A stretch of DNA of 63,906 bases, counting the filler. It is 6 parts of 6 records of this genome, joined end to end, with 100 filler letters (N's around TTAATTAATTAA, not from the genome) between each part and the next. Parts side by side here need not be neighbours in the genome. Positions count along the whole stretch, not along the records: positions 1 to 13,906 come from SRR2962707_2153; positions 14,007 to 35,786 come from SRR2962707_2156; 4 more parts are not named here. The stretch is one strand, 5' to 3'. Each line of letters starts with the position of its first letter. The first letter of the stretch is position 1. The position numbers and the translations under genes were made by a program. Below the pieces are notes generated by a model, which saw only the letters and a list, made by a program, of their open reading frames with translations, was not told the DNA's origin and ran no database searches. Shown in pieces: positions 10,948 through 19,924 of this stretch.

Positions 10948-11523
10948 ATGTCTTGGACTGATGACCGCGTAGAAATTTTGAAGAAAATGTGGGGCGAAGG
11001 CCAATCTGCCAGCCAGATCGCAAAAGAACTGGGCGGCGTCACCCGCAATGCCGTGATCGGCAAGGTTCACCGTCTGGGCCTGTCAAACCGCACAACGACC
11101 GGTGCAGCCGCACCCGCCACCGCAGCCCCCAAGGCAGAGGCCAAGCCGAAGCCCGCCGCGAAGGCAACCGTGAAGCCGAAGGTCGAGCCGAAAGAAGAAG
11201 AGGTCGAGGCCGCACCCGCGCCACGGCCCAATCTGCCGGCACGCGCCAAGATCATTCCAGCAGGCCAACCCCTGCCACCACAGCCCTCTGCCAACGAGAT
11301 CAGCCCCGAGGCCTTGGCCAAGGTGAGCGAGATCGAGAAGAAATCGAAAAAGATCGGCCTGATGGACCTGACAGAGCGTACCTGCAAATGGCCCGTTGGC
11401 GATCCAGCTACGGATGATTTCTGGTTCTGCGGTCTGCCTGTGCAGCAAGGTAAACCCTACTGCGAGGCCCACGTTGGCGTGGCGTTCCAACCGATGAGCG
11501 CACGCCGCGACCGTCGCCGTTAA
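10948..11523 (+). CDS. gcrA: Cell-cycle regulator GcrA
   Basis: MSWTDDRVEILKKMW...VTRNAVIGKVHRLGL; C-terminal CKWPVGDP...FCG...YCEAH. Confidence 0.97.
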   Translation: MSWTDDRVEILKKMWGEGQSASQIAKELGGVTRNAVIGKVHRLGLSNRTTTGAAAPATAAPKAEAKPKPAAKATVKPKVEPKEEEVEAAPAPRPNLPARAKIIPAGQPLPPQPSANEISPEALAKVSEIEKKSKKIGLMDLTERTCKWPVGDPATDDFWFCGLPVQQGKPYCEAHVGVAFQPMSARRDRRR

Positions 11524-11549
11524 GGACGACATGAGTTTCAGATGATACG

Positions 11550-11577
11550 AGGGGGCTTTTTGGCCCCCTTTATTTTT
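11550..11577 (+). terminator. Rho-independent terminator after gcrA
   Basis: AGGGGGC...GCCCCCT stem followed by TTATTTTT. Confidence 0.65.
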
Positions 11578-11597
11578 GCCCGACGCCTGCCGCGAGA

Positions 11598-12182
11598 CTA
11601 GCCCGCAGCGGTCTTACCGCGCCGGTCATTGCGCAGTTGGGCATAGAGCACATGATTGCGCCAGCGGCCATCGATCTGCAGATAGCTTTGCGCGACACCC
11701 TCGTATTTGAACCCTGTCTTTTCCAGCAAGCCGCGCGATGCGACGTTCTCGGGCAGGCAGGCGGCCTCGATCCGGCTTAGGTCCAGACGCGTAAACGCAT
11801 GGTGTACGGTCGCCTCGATCGCCTCGCGCATATAGCCGCGGCGCGCGAACCTTTCGCCGGTCCAATAGCCAAGGGTGCCAGCCTGTGCCGGCCCCCTGCG
11901 AATATTATCAAGGGTGATGGCCCCGATCAGCACATTGTCTTTGCGCCGGATCATAAACAGCGGCAACGCCGTGCCCCCTGTCACAGAACGCGACGCCCAG
12001 TACACCCGGTTGGTAAACGACTTGCGCGACAGGTGGTCGCTGGCCCAAGAGGGTTCCCACCCGGAGAGATAATCAATGCTATCGGCGCGCAACGTGGCCC
12101 AAGACCGGAAATCGGAATGGATCGGAGGGCGCAAAGTCAGCCGCTCCGTCTCAATCGCGAGTTTCCGTTTGACCAATAGCAT
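11598..12182 (-). CDS. RimJ/RimL family N-acetyltransferase
   Basis: ETERLTLRP, GTLGYW, RGYMREA, IEAACLPEN, GRWRNH; typical thrC-M16-rimJ context. Confidence 0.88.
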   Translation of the reverse strand: MLLVKRKLAIETERLTLRPPIHSDFRSWATLRADSIDYLSGWEPSWASDHLSRKSFTNRVYWASRSVTGGTALPLFMIRRKDNVLIGAITLDNIRRGPAQAGTLGYWTGERFARRGYMREAIEATVHHAFTRLDLSRIEAACLPENVASRGLLEKTGFKYEGVAQSYLQIDGRWRNHVLYAQLRNDRRGKTAAG

Positions 12183-13444
12183 CAGGCAGCGCGACGCTCT
12201 TGTAGGGCTTCCAGGGTTGGTGCCGCTTCGACCGGGCCATACAGCGCCAAGGCAGCCGGCGCGGTTGACGCCATATGCTGGGCGAAATCGCGCACATCAC
12301 CTGTGGTCACGGCATCGATCTGCGCAATCGTTTCCTCCAGTGGCGGAATGCGGTCCCAAATCTGCATCAGCCTTGCAAGGCGTTCGGCGCGGTTCGACGG
12401 GCTTTCCAGCCCCATCAGCAATCCGGCTTTCATTTGCGCCCGTGCGCGTGCGACTTCGGCGGGTGACATGTCGGATGCCGCGCGCTTCATCTCGTCGACG
12501 GTGATGCCCGCCAATTCAGGGAGCTGCTCCCCGCTGGTGCCCGCATAGATCGTCATCATGCCGGTGTCGGCATAGGCCCCCGCTTGGGCAAAGATCGTAT
12601 AGCACAGACCACGGTTTTCGCGGATTTCCTGAAACAACCGGCTGGACATACCACCGCCAAGCGCGGAGGCATAGATTTGCGCGACATAGATATCATCGGC
12701 GCGGTAACCGGGGGATTCAAAGCCAAGAGCAAAATGGGCCTGCTCAAGAGGTTTGATCTGGCGAACCTCGCCCCCGGAAAATTTAGCAGCATCAACATCG
12801 AACAGCGGCTTTGACGGCATGTCACCGAACAGTTTCTCGGCAAGGCGCACGATTTCGTCGTGATCCACAGCCCCTGCAGCCGACAGGATCATCTGTTCAG
12901 GGCCGTAATGCTGCGCGATGAAACCCGACAGGTCCTCGCGAGTGAAATTTGACACACGCTCCTGCGGGCCAAGAATGGTGCGGCCCAGTGGTTGATTTGG
13001 ATACGCCTCTTCCTGCAACCAGTCAAAGATCACATCATCGGGCGTGTCCAAGGCTTGGCCGATCTCTTGCAGGATCACGCCGCGTTCAACCTCGATCTCG
13101 TTTTTGTCCAACACAGGGTTGCGCAGGATATCTGCGATCACATCCAACCCAAGGGCCACATCGTTTTCCAGCACCCGCACGTAATAGGCAGTCACCTCGC
13201 GCGAGGTATAGGCGTTGATATACCCGCCAACATCCTCGATTGCCTCGGCAATCTGTAGCGATGTGCGTTTGGCAGTTCCCTTGAAAGCCATATGCTCAAG
13301 AAAATGCGCGATGCCGTTTTGTTTCGGTGTCTCATGACGCGCACCTGCCGTCACCCACACCCCGATTGAGGCAGAGGCGAGACCGGGGATATGCTCTGTT
13401 ACGATGCGAAACCCGTTGGACAGGCGGTGTTGTTGCAGGCTCAC
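12182..13444 (-). CDS. M16 family zinc peptidase (MPP-like)
   Basis: HFLEH inverted Zn motif, NAYTSRE, LGGGMSSRLFQE. Confidence 0.94.
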   Translation of the reverse strand: MSLQQHRLSNGFRIVTEHIPGLASASIGVWVTAGARHETPKQNGIAHFLEHMAFKGTAKRTSLQIAEAIEDVGGYINAYTSREVTAYYVRVLENDVALGLDVIADILRNPVLDKNEIEVERGVILQEIGQALDTPDDVIFDWLQEEAYPNQPLGRTILGPQERVSNFTREDLSGFIAQHYGPEQMILSAAGAVDHDEIVRLAEKLFGDMPSKPLFDVDAAKFSGGEVRQIKPLEQAHFALGFESPGYRADDIYVAQIYASALGGGMSSRLFQEIRENRGLCYTIFAQAGAYADTGMMTIYAGTSGEQLPELAGITVDEMKRAASDMSPAEVARARAQMKAGLLMGLESPSNRAERLARLMQIWDRIPPLEETIAQIDAVTTGDVRDFAQHMASTAPAALALYGPVEAAPTLEALQERRAA

Positions 13445-13905
13445 TGGGCGATGCCCCCTTTGATGATATCCTTGAGGGCTGCCAGATCGTTTGGCACGCG
13501 GGTCACGCGTTCCTCGCGGTCGAATAGATCAGCCATATGGGGTGGCAATGGCGGGCGCACACCTGTTGCAGCCTCGACCGCGTCGGGGAATTTGGCCGGA
13601 TGCGCAGTGGCCAATGTGATCATGGGGGTCGCCGGATCACGCAACGCTTGGGCAACGCGGACCCCGATAGCGGAATGCGGGCACAGCAATTCGTTGGTGT
13701 TGGCGTAAAATTCCTTGATCGTGGCCGATGTTTCCTCTTCCGAGACGCGGTCAGACTTGTAGGTATTTTGCAGATCGCGCAGGGCATTGTCGCCCACATC
13801 AAAGCCACCATTGGCAAGATCGTCCATCAAGCCGTTGATCGCGTCACTGTCCTGCCCATAGGCAAAATACAACGCGCGTTCAAAGTTCGAGCTGACCTGA
13901 ATGTC
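13441..13905 (-). CDS. thrC: Threonine synthase (5' truncated by contig end)
   Basis: DIQVSSNFERAL, LCPHSA, LATAHPAKFP. Confidence 0.92.
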   Translation of the reverse strand, partial: DIQVSSNFERALYFAYGQDSDAINGLMDDLANGGFDVGDNALRDLQNTYKSDRVSEEETSATIKEFYANTNELLCPHSAIGVRVAQALRDPATPMITLATAHPAKFPDAVEAATGVRPPLPPHMADLFDREERVTRVPNDLAALKDIIKGGIAQ

Positions 13906-13906
13906 C

Positions 13907-14006
13907 NNNNNNNNNNNNNNNNNNNNNNNNNNNNNNNNNNNNNNNNNNNNTTAATTAATTAANNNNNNNNNNNNNNNNNNNNNNNNNNNNNNNNNNNNNN
14001 NNNNNN
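13907..14006. other. Artificial contig linker
   Basis: N44-TTAATTAATTAA-N44, stops in all six frames. Confidence 0.99.
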
Positions 14007-14007
14007 C

Positions 14008-14877
14008 ATGGGGGATTTGGCCGCTTTTGTCGGGATTGTCGACGATGGCGGCTTTGCGGAATCGGCGCGGCGCAGGGGGGTGTCGGCCTCTACGCTCAGC
14101 CGGTCCGTCACGCGGCTGGAAGAGCAGTTGAAGGTCACACTGTTGCGGCGCACGACGCGATCCATCGAGATCACCCCCGAAGGCGCGGCAGTTCTGGCTG
14201 AGGCGCGCGAGATTTTGGACCGCAGTGAAGCCCTTCAAGAGATCGCTACCAGCGGACAGGCCCCCGCCGGGCCACTGCGCGTAAACGCACCGGTTCCTTA
14301 CGTCCTGCATGTCCTCGCCCCGCGTCTGGCTGAGTTTCACGCAAAGTATCCGGACATCCAGCTGTCGATCGACATGACAGACTCGCTGGTGGATCTGATC
14401 GGCAGTCACGCGGATGTTGCCATTCGGCTGGGCCAGCTGCCTGATAGCGACATGTTGCACCGCCCCTTGGGGCGTACAGCTTGGAAATTGGTGGCTGCGC
14501 CAGAATATCTTGATCGAAAAGGCTGGCCAAAAACACCGGCCGACCTCTCACAACTGGAGCAAGTTCGGTTCGCGGCGCCAGATCATATCAACACATTACG
14601 CTTCACAGGTCTGGCCGAGCCGGTAACGGTGCCCAGCGCCCTGACTGCGGGCAACGGAGAGGCTGTGCGCCAGATGGTCTTGGGCGGTTTGGGCATCGCC
14701 CGCTTTTCCGATTTCATGATCGCTGACGATATTCGCGCCGGGCGCTTGGTTGAATTATTCCCCGGCCAGCTTTCAGCGGACCCACTGAATATCTCAGCGC
14801 TCTACCTTACCCGCGTCTCGGGCCTGCGGCGACTGGGAGTCTTTCTTGATTGGGTGGGGGACATCGGTGGAGGCTAA
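14008..14877 (+). CDS. LysR family transcriptional regulator (CrgA-like; possibly a few codons missing at 5')
   Basis: HTH FAESARRRGVSASTLSRSVTRLEEQL, LLRRTTR, DVAIRLG. Confidence 0.92.
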   Translation: MGDLAAFVGIVDDGGFAESARRRGVSASTLSRSVTRLEEQLKVTLLRRTTRSIEITPEGAAVLAEAREILDRSEALQEIATSGQAPAGPLRVNAPVPYVLHVLAPRLAEFHAKYPDIQLSIDMTDSLVDLIGSHADVAIRLGQLPDSDMLHRPLGRTAWKLVAAPEYLDRKGWPKTPADLSQLEQVRFAAPDHINTLRFTGLAEPVTVPSALTAGNGEAVRQMVLGGLGIARFSDFMIADDIRAGRLVELFPGQLSADPLNISALYLTRVSGLRRLGVFLDWVGDIGGG

Positions 14878-14975
14878 GTTCTGCGCGCGCCTTTCAGCAT
14901 GTTTGACGCTCCCGAGCAGAGCGTGGCCTTAAAAAGCTTGCCCCCCGTTCGGCTGATTTAGACATATTTTTAGAT

Positions 14976-15037
14976 GTCCGCTTCCTGGAAGTTGCACCGC
15001 AGCGGCAAAGCCACATGCTAAAGGCAGCTTTGGGCCG
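14976..15037 (+). repeat. ~62-bp degenerate repeat, copy A
   Basis: GTCCGCTTCCTGGAAGTTGCACCGCAGC...AAAGGCAGCTTTGGGCCG. Confidence 0.75.
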
Positions 15038-15163
15038 TCAGCTCAAGGGTCATTTGTATTGATGTGATGTCGCAGAGTCTGCTTCATGCGATATGTCCAA
15101 CGACAATGTACTGCGTTAAGGTCCTGACAAGACCCAACCAAAGAACTCTGGGGGAGTAGATGA

Positions 15164-15583
15164 ATGAGATTCTCTCTAAGTGGTGCTAGCTGGCAAACCG
15201 TTGCAGCGGTCCTAGCTTTGCCGATCTCCGTGGCCGCCGCATGGTTCACATGGGACGGAAATAGTGACGCTCGTCAGATTGCCGAGCAACAAGGTTACGA
15301 GGCGTATGTCGATACTCGCATCGCCCATTGCACTTCATTGAGTCAAAGCTATGCGACCCAGAGTTGGGCGTACGGTAGAGGGAATGGCAGTCCCGATCCT
15401 CAAATAGAAGAGTTCGCACACAAAGCGGTTGCCATCGCTCGCGCTGCACGTCTGTGTCGGAACATCAATCTCGATGTCACAGAATTGAAGACCTGCATTG
15501 AAACATTGGTCGACAAACCAGTGGGGCACTTTGTCACTGAACTTGGCTCAGACGGTAATTCGTACACCAATCTTGTTTGCTGA
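15164..15583 (+). CDS. Hypothetical protein with N-terminal membrane anchor and 4 Cys
   Basis: 139 aa, GGGGAG RBS, hydrophobic N-terminus; fills the space between repeats A and B. Confidence 0.6.
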   Translation: MRFSLSGASWQTVAAVLALPISVAAAWFTWDGNSDARQIAEQQGYEAYVDTRIAHCTSLSQSYATQSWAYGRGNGSPDPQIEEFAHKAVAIARAARLCRNINLDVTELKTCIETLVDKPVGHFVTELGSDGNSYTNLVC

Positions 15584-15620
15584 CGAAGACTGCCCCAGCC
15601 TGACTATGACTTAACTGATC

Positions 15621-15683
15621 GTCCGCTCTCCGGAACGCTGCAGCACAAGTGCAGCGAATGCCAACAAGGTCTACTTTGGGCCG
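15621..15683 (+). repeat. ~62-bp degenerate repeat, copy B
   Basis: GTCCGCTCTCCGGAACGCTGCAGCAC...AAGGTCTACTTTGGGCCG (63 bp). Confidence 0.7.
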
Positions 15684-15793
15684 TTCCAGGGGCAGGTCAC
15701 GACTAACCAACGACACACAGTATCTCCATAGATCGTCGTAAACGTGATACGTTCTGAAGATTGAATAGTCGAAAATCAGAGTGGAGTAATTTG

Positions 15794-16789
15794 ATGCGAA
15801 TAATGTCTTACAACGTCGAGTGGTTCGATGATTGCTTTGAAGATGATAATTCCCTGAAGACCACGCCCGAGGCCACAAGCAAACTAGACGCTGTGGCGGC
15901 CGTCATCACGGCGATTGATCCTGACCTGATCGGCGTCACGGAGGGTCCCAACACAACTACGACGACGGGTGAGCGGGACACTGTGGCAGCACTAAAGAAT
16001 TTTGCTGCTGCCAAGGGACTTCGACAAGCAGACGCAATGATCGGGTTTCCATCCGCAGGTCGTCAGGAAATTGCGGCGATGTTCGATCCAAACGTATGTT
16101 CGTTGGCGCATGACCCAGGCGGCAGAACAGGGCACAAGACCAATCCGCGTTTCAATGAGGCTTTTCAGGCCGACAGTGATGCGGATGGCATCAAAGAGCT
16201 CTACAAGCACTATCGCCCGCCGTTGGAAGCAAAGGTCTCTCGGGCTGATGGCGGCGCGAACTTCTGGGTGCTTGTCGCGCATGCAAAGTCAAAAGGTATC
16301 TTCAGCGCAATGGATCGCGTTCACTTCGAACGAACCTCAGACCGCAATCGGCGCAAGCTTTTTGCAGAATGCTCTTCGATCCGACTGCGTGTCGACGATT
16401 GGCTGAATGAAGGCCGTTCGTTTGTCGTGATGGGCGACATAAACGACGGTCCGGGATTCGACTATTACGAGAGTCGGTTCGGACGCAGTGCTGTTGAACT
16501 AATCCTTGGCGATGTTTTCGATCTCGACGGAATGCTTCGGTATCCGATCGGACGACCAAAGTTTGGTAGATACGGCTGGGAACCCTCGACCGCGAGGTTT
16601 ACTGACAGCTTTACCGGCGACAAAGTTAACGCTCTCATTGACCATATCATCGTTTCAGCCGGCATCACGCCAGCCGATGGAGGCGGAGCGCTTGTTTGGA
16701 ACCCCTTTCAGTTGGACGCAGCAAAACCGCTGAAGCAAGTTCTCTTGGATGCTTCGGATCATTTCCCGGTTACCTACGACATCGCCTAG
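15794..16789 (+). CDS. Endonuclease/exonuclease/phosphatase (EEP) family protein
   Basis: MSYNVEW, DLIGVTE, AHAKSK, VMGDIND, LIDHI, ASDHFPV; GGAG RBS before ATG 15794. Confidence 0.9.
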   Translation: MRIMSYNVEWFDDCFEDDNSLKTTPEATSKLDAVAAVITAIDPDLIGVTEGPNTTTTTGERDTVAALKNFAAAKGLRQADAMIGFPSAGRQEIAAMFDPNVCSLAHDPGGRTGHKTNPRFNEAFQADSDADGIKELYKHYRPPLEAKVSRADGGANFWVLVAHAKSKGIFSAMDRVHFERTSDRNRRKLFAECSSIRLRVDDWLNEGRSFVVMGDINDGPGFDYYESRFGRSAVELILGDVFDLDGMLRYPIGRPKFGRYGWEPSTARFTDSFTGDKVNALIDHIIVSAGITPADGGGALVWNPFQLDAAKPLKQVLLDASDHFPVTYDIA

Positions 16790-16945
16790 CCGCCGAAATT
16801 AGATTGGGGTGCCTCGCTATCAGGGTTTTGGCACCTGAGCCCAAGGTAAGGGCCGTTACTGGGCGGCTCGTCCGTCATGGCTTGGCCACATCACCCTTGG
16901 CTTAGAGGTCCGTCGATCGGAGTTCCGGCAGGTTTAGCAGCCAAA

Positions 16946-17007
16946 GTCCGCTTCCGGAAAGCCGCAGTGCAGCACCAAGAGCCTGGTTGAAGGTCGGCTT
17001 TGGGCCG
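16946..17007 (+). repeat. ~62-bp degenerate repeat, copy C
   Basis: GTCCGCTTCCGGAAAGCCGCAGTGCAGC...AAGGTCGGCTTTGGGCCG; internal AAAGCCG/CGGCTTT inverted pair. Confidence 0.75.
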
Positions 17008-17120
17008 TCAAAGACAAGGGCCGACGCCGCGACTTTGCAGATGCCGCGCCGCATCGGAGGTAGGCAGTGAGCCCAAAGTACCGGATGCTGCAAGGTGAAG
17101 GAATGGCAGTTCAACCGTCG

Positions 17121-17873
17121 TCACGGTTCAGGCATCCGCCACTCTTTGGGTGCTTCGCGGGTATAACCTTCGAAAAGAAATCCTCCATCCCGTTCCAAAA
17201 CACGTTCGCAAAGGCGGATAACGGGATCGGTATCCTCTTTTATGAACGCAGCCTCAAAAGCATCTGTAAAACTTTGGTGGAACTCGGGGTCGACGCCCAT
17301 AAGTCTTCTAGGAATACTCTTGCCCTTGGCAGACCACTGACTTTGGGAACGTAGAAAATGATCTGCGAGGGCGGCGTAAAGACCAGAAACCACAATACGA
17401 AGCTCGTCGGAATTGCGTGGCTCGCGGATGTCTTCGACCATATTGCTGATCGCATAACGCGAATTTTCACGTTCTTTCTGGCCCCACGGTATCGGGCCCT
17501 CCTCCAAAACTCGACGTGCCAGACTTTTGATTAGACTTCCAGTTTCCGTTTCGGCAGGTAGTTCGATGCCCTCACTCACCATATTCGGTAGAGATGGCAC
17601 TCCTGACAAGCGATCCACCTCGCGAAAGAAATACTCCAGAGTTTGAGCATCGTGTATGAACGCCTCAACAGGCCAGCCGTCAAAGACGAAAGATTGCCGT
17701 CGGGCATTCTCGACGTTTTCAAAAACAACGACGAGGTCAAGGTCAGAATAGGCCGTTGCTTCATCACGAACCACCGATCCGGCAAGCAAAAATGCGCTTG
17801 CCGTCGGAAAGAACTGTTCTCGAATTTTAGTGGCCACAGACAAGGCCGCTGACAGCTTTTGGCGCAATGACAA
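17121..17873 (-). CDS. Nucleotidyltransferase domain protein (Pol-beta superfamily)
   Basis: GSVVRDEATAYSDLDL (GS...DxD) motif plus helical C-terminal part; the TTG start may be 17867 given RBS spacing. Confidence 0.85.
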   Translation of the reverse strand: MSLRQKLSAALSVATKIREQFFPTASAFLLAGSVVRDEATAYSDLDLVVVFENVENARRQSFVFDGWPVEAFIHDAQTLEYFFREVDRLSGVPSLPNMVSEGIELPAETETGSLIKSLARRVLEEGPIPWGQKERENSRYAISNMVEDIREPRNSDELRIVVSGLYAALADHFLRSQSQWSAKGKSIPRRLMGVDPEFHQSFTDAFEAAFIKEDTDPVIRLCERVLERDGGFLFEGYTREAPKEWRMPEP

Positions 17874-18049
17874 ACTCCCGGATGGTATGTGGGAAACGTA
17901 GGCTATCGCTCAACTCTATCAGGCGATTATTGGCGGCCAACAACTTATTTTGAAACTATCGAAGCCGCCATTGGTGCAGGCGCAGCGAAATGGTGCTTTG
18001 GTCCGCAGTGCAGACCTCTGCAGCCCAAAATGTTGCATCTTCGATCAAT

Positions 18050-18111
18050 GTCTACCTCAACTGGCCGCACCGCAGCATCAGGAGCGTGGGGGCAATGTCC
18101 GGTCTGGGCCG
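18050..18111 (+). repeat. ~62-bp degenerate repeat, copy D
   Basis: GTCTACCTCAACTGGCCGCACCGCAGC...AATGTCCGGTCTGGGCCG; same 62-bp length as A and C. Confidence 0.65.
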
Positions 18112-18204
18112 TCACTTCTTCTTTCCACGGTTAAAAATCTTCCAAAGCCCCCAAATAATAAGGGCTACAATGATAAGTCCTGGCAATCCAATGTTATTCA
18201 GCAA
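18112..18204 (-). CDS. 30-aa single-TM micropeptide MLNNIGLPGLIIVALIIWGLWKIFNRGKKK, TatA-like N-terminus
   Basis: TTG start with GGAGG 8 nt upstream; TM helix plus basic tail; TGA abuts repeat D; below the ORF-track length cutoff. Confidence 0.7.
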   Translation of the reverse strand: MLNNIGLPGLIIVALIIWGLWKIFNRGKKK

Positions 18205-18302
18205 GCTCGTTTCCTCCGGTTGTTTTTGTTTGCAACAAAACCTTACGAAAAAAAGGGGCGAGGCGACAACCAAATCCCCCGTTACTGGCCTATGACCCGA
18301 AT

Positions 18303-18362
18303 GGCCGCTTCAGTGACGCTACGCTGCAAAAGGTTCAGAAGGCGAACGGCAGGTTTGGGCCG
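18303..18362 (+). repeat. ~62-bp degenerate repeat, copy E
   Basis: GGCCGCTTCAGTGACGCT...AACGGCAGGTTTGGGCCG (60 bp). Confidence 0.6.
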
Positions 18363-18383
18363 CTACCCCCATTCACCACCCCC

Positions 18384-18658
18384 CTACTCAAGGAAAGTGG
18401 CGTGCGGCCCCCTACCACTATATCGAAATCATAGGCCTCTTTCACATCCGCCGTCTGCGGATCATGCACCCTGCCGATGTTGCGTTCAAACGCCTCGCCC
18501 ATCAGGATCGCCATCGGATCGCTGGTGTTGTTCGGTTCATCAGGGAAATACGTCTGGGTAATCAGCCGCGATGATCCGCCGCTGACGGACACATGGATAT
18601 GCTTGGGCCGCCAGCGTCCGATATCTGGCCGCGCCAGATAGACACCCGGGCTGATCGC
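18384..18658 (-). pseudogene. 3' fragment of intradiol dioxygenase beta subunit, a diverged duplicate of 24207-24482
   Basis: Translates AISPGVYLARPDIGRWRPKHIHVSVSGGSSRLITQTYF...FDIVVGGR; lacks the 5' part; 1-bp deletion just before the stop. Confidence 0.88.
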
Positions 18659-18934
18659 AAGATCAAGGCTTCAGGGCGACGTGTTTGTCGTGTTCCGGGC
18701 CAGCATCTATCCACGCAGCGGTCACTGACGAAAGACCAGATTTTGCCCAAGCTTCAGTGCGCGCCCCGGAAACCAAAGGTTCATCAATATTCGTGATGCG
18801 TGCATGCAAAACGCACTGTGTATTCGTCACCCGCTCTATGCTAACTCATCCTTGTGGGATTTGGTTCGATTCCAGTTAACGGCGACATCCGGGCTTTGCC
18901 GGGTTTCACGCGATAGAAAATGGAAGTGCCCGGA

Positions 18935-19924
18935 ATGCCCGACTATACGTTTGCCATATATGAGTTTGCGGATCTGAGAGCCGTGTCCGGCTCGCCGCTG
19001 ACAACAGGATCTACGAACGGTGCATCGGGCTCTTTTGTTGTTAGAAACACAGCCGTTCCAGTCTCGATCACTGTGAACGATAACGACCCGAACTTTGAAG
19101 ACGGCTATGTAGACTATACTGGCGGAGCGCGTAGCCAGACACTGGTATCGAGCGTGGTCCTAAATGGCGTAACTTATCCCGCCGGGTCAACGATCGAGCT
19201 TGAGTTTAAGGTGTCGACCGATTCGGGTTTGACCTTTGACTATATCCGGATCAACAACGTGAACGTCGGGATCGGTGGCGTGACCCTGCCCCAGATGGGC
19301 ACGACATATCGTATCACCGGTACAACGGACGGGCAAAACGACGCTTGGACGGACTTGGCCTGTTTCGTGCAGGGCACCTTGATCGAGACAAAGAATGGCC
19401 TGCGCGCGATCGAGGATTTGGTGGCAGGCGATCGTTTGCGGACACGAGATAACGGCTGGCAGCCGCTGCGCTGGATCGGCCATCGCAACCTGTCGCGCAC
19501 GGAACTGCAGGGCATGCCTGACCTTGCGCCAATCCGGTTTGAGGCTGGTTCCATCGGCAACAGCCGTGCTCTTTCTGTTTCGCCACAGCACCGCATTCTG
19601 GTGGAAGGCTGGCGCGCGCAGTTGAATTTCGGCACCGATAGTGTGCTGGTTCCTGCAAAATCGATGGTGAACGGGACGACAGTGCGTCAGGATACATCCG
19701 GGCAACCGGTGACCTATTACCACATTATGTTCGATGCCCATCAGATCGTCTTTTCCAACGGATGCCCGACCGAGAGTTTCCACCCCGGCGACGTCGGTTT
19801 GCGCGGCCTTGAAACAGCGGTGCGCGCGGAACTGGGGTATCTGTTCCCCGAGATTGTCGGCCAATTCGGCGATACGGCACATCAAGTCATACGCGTAGCC
19901 GAAGCCCGCGCCATCAATTGGTAA
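18935..19924 (+). CDS. Hint-domain (bacterial intein-like, Hint_2 type) protein
   Basis: ACFVQGTLIET, VSPQHRIL, TYYHIMFDAHQIVFSNGCPTESFHPG; beta-rich N-terminal domain; alternative start 18920. Confidence 0.9.
   Translation: MPDYTFAIYEFADLRAVSGSPLTTGSTNGASGSFVVRNTAVPVSITVNDNDPNFEDGYVDYTGGARSQTLVSSVVLNGVTYPAGSTIELEFKVSTDSGLTFDYIRINNVNVGIGGVTLPQMGTTYRITGTTDGQNDAWTDLACFVQGTLIETKNGLRAIEDLVAGDRLRTRDNGWQPLRWIGHRNLSRTELQGMPDLAPIRFEAGSIGNSRALSVSPQHRILVEGWRAQLNFGTDSVLVPAKSMVNGTTVRQDTSGQPVTYYHIMFDAHQIVFSNGCPTESFHPGDVGLRGLETAVRAELGYLFPEIVGQFGDTAHQVIRVAEARAINW

Noticed and set aside
13951-13962. TTAATTAATTAA as a CtrA-like or other biological motif
   Set aside because: Identical in all five N-flanked linkers; it is a six-frame stop spacer.
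14976-18362. Repeats as a CRISPR array or integron attC sites
   Set aside because: Copies are too degenerate, spacing is 0.2-1.3 kb and contains genes, there are no cas or intI genes, and no RYYYAAC...GTTRRRY ends.
17950-18561. 203-aa plus-strand ORF across repeats D and E
   Set aside because: Runs through repeats and antisense to the micropeptide and pseudogene; no recognisable motifs.
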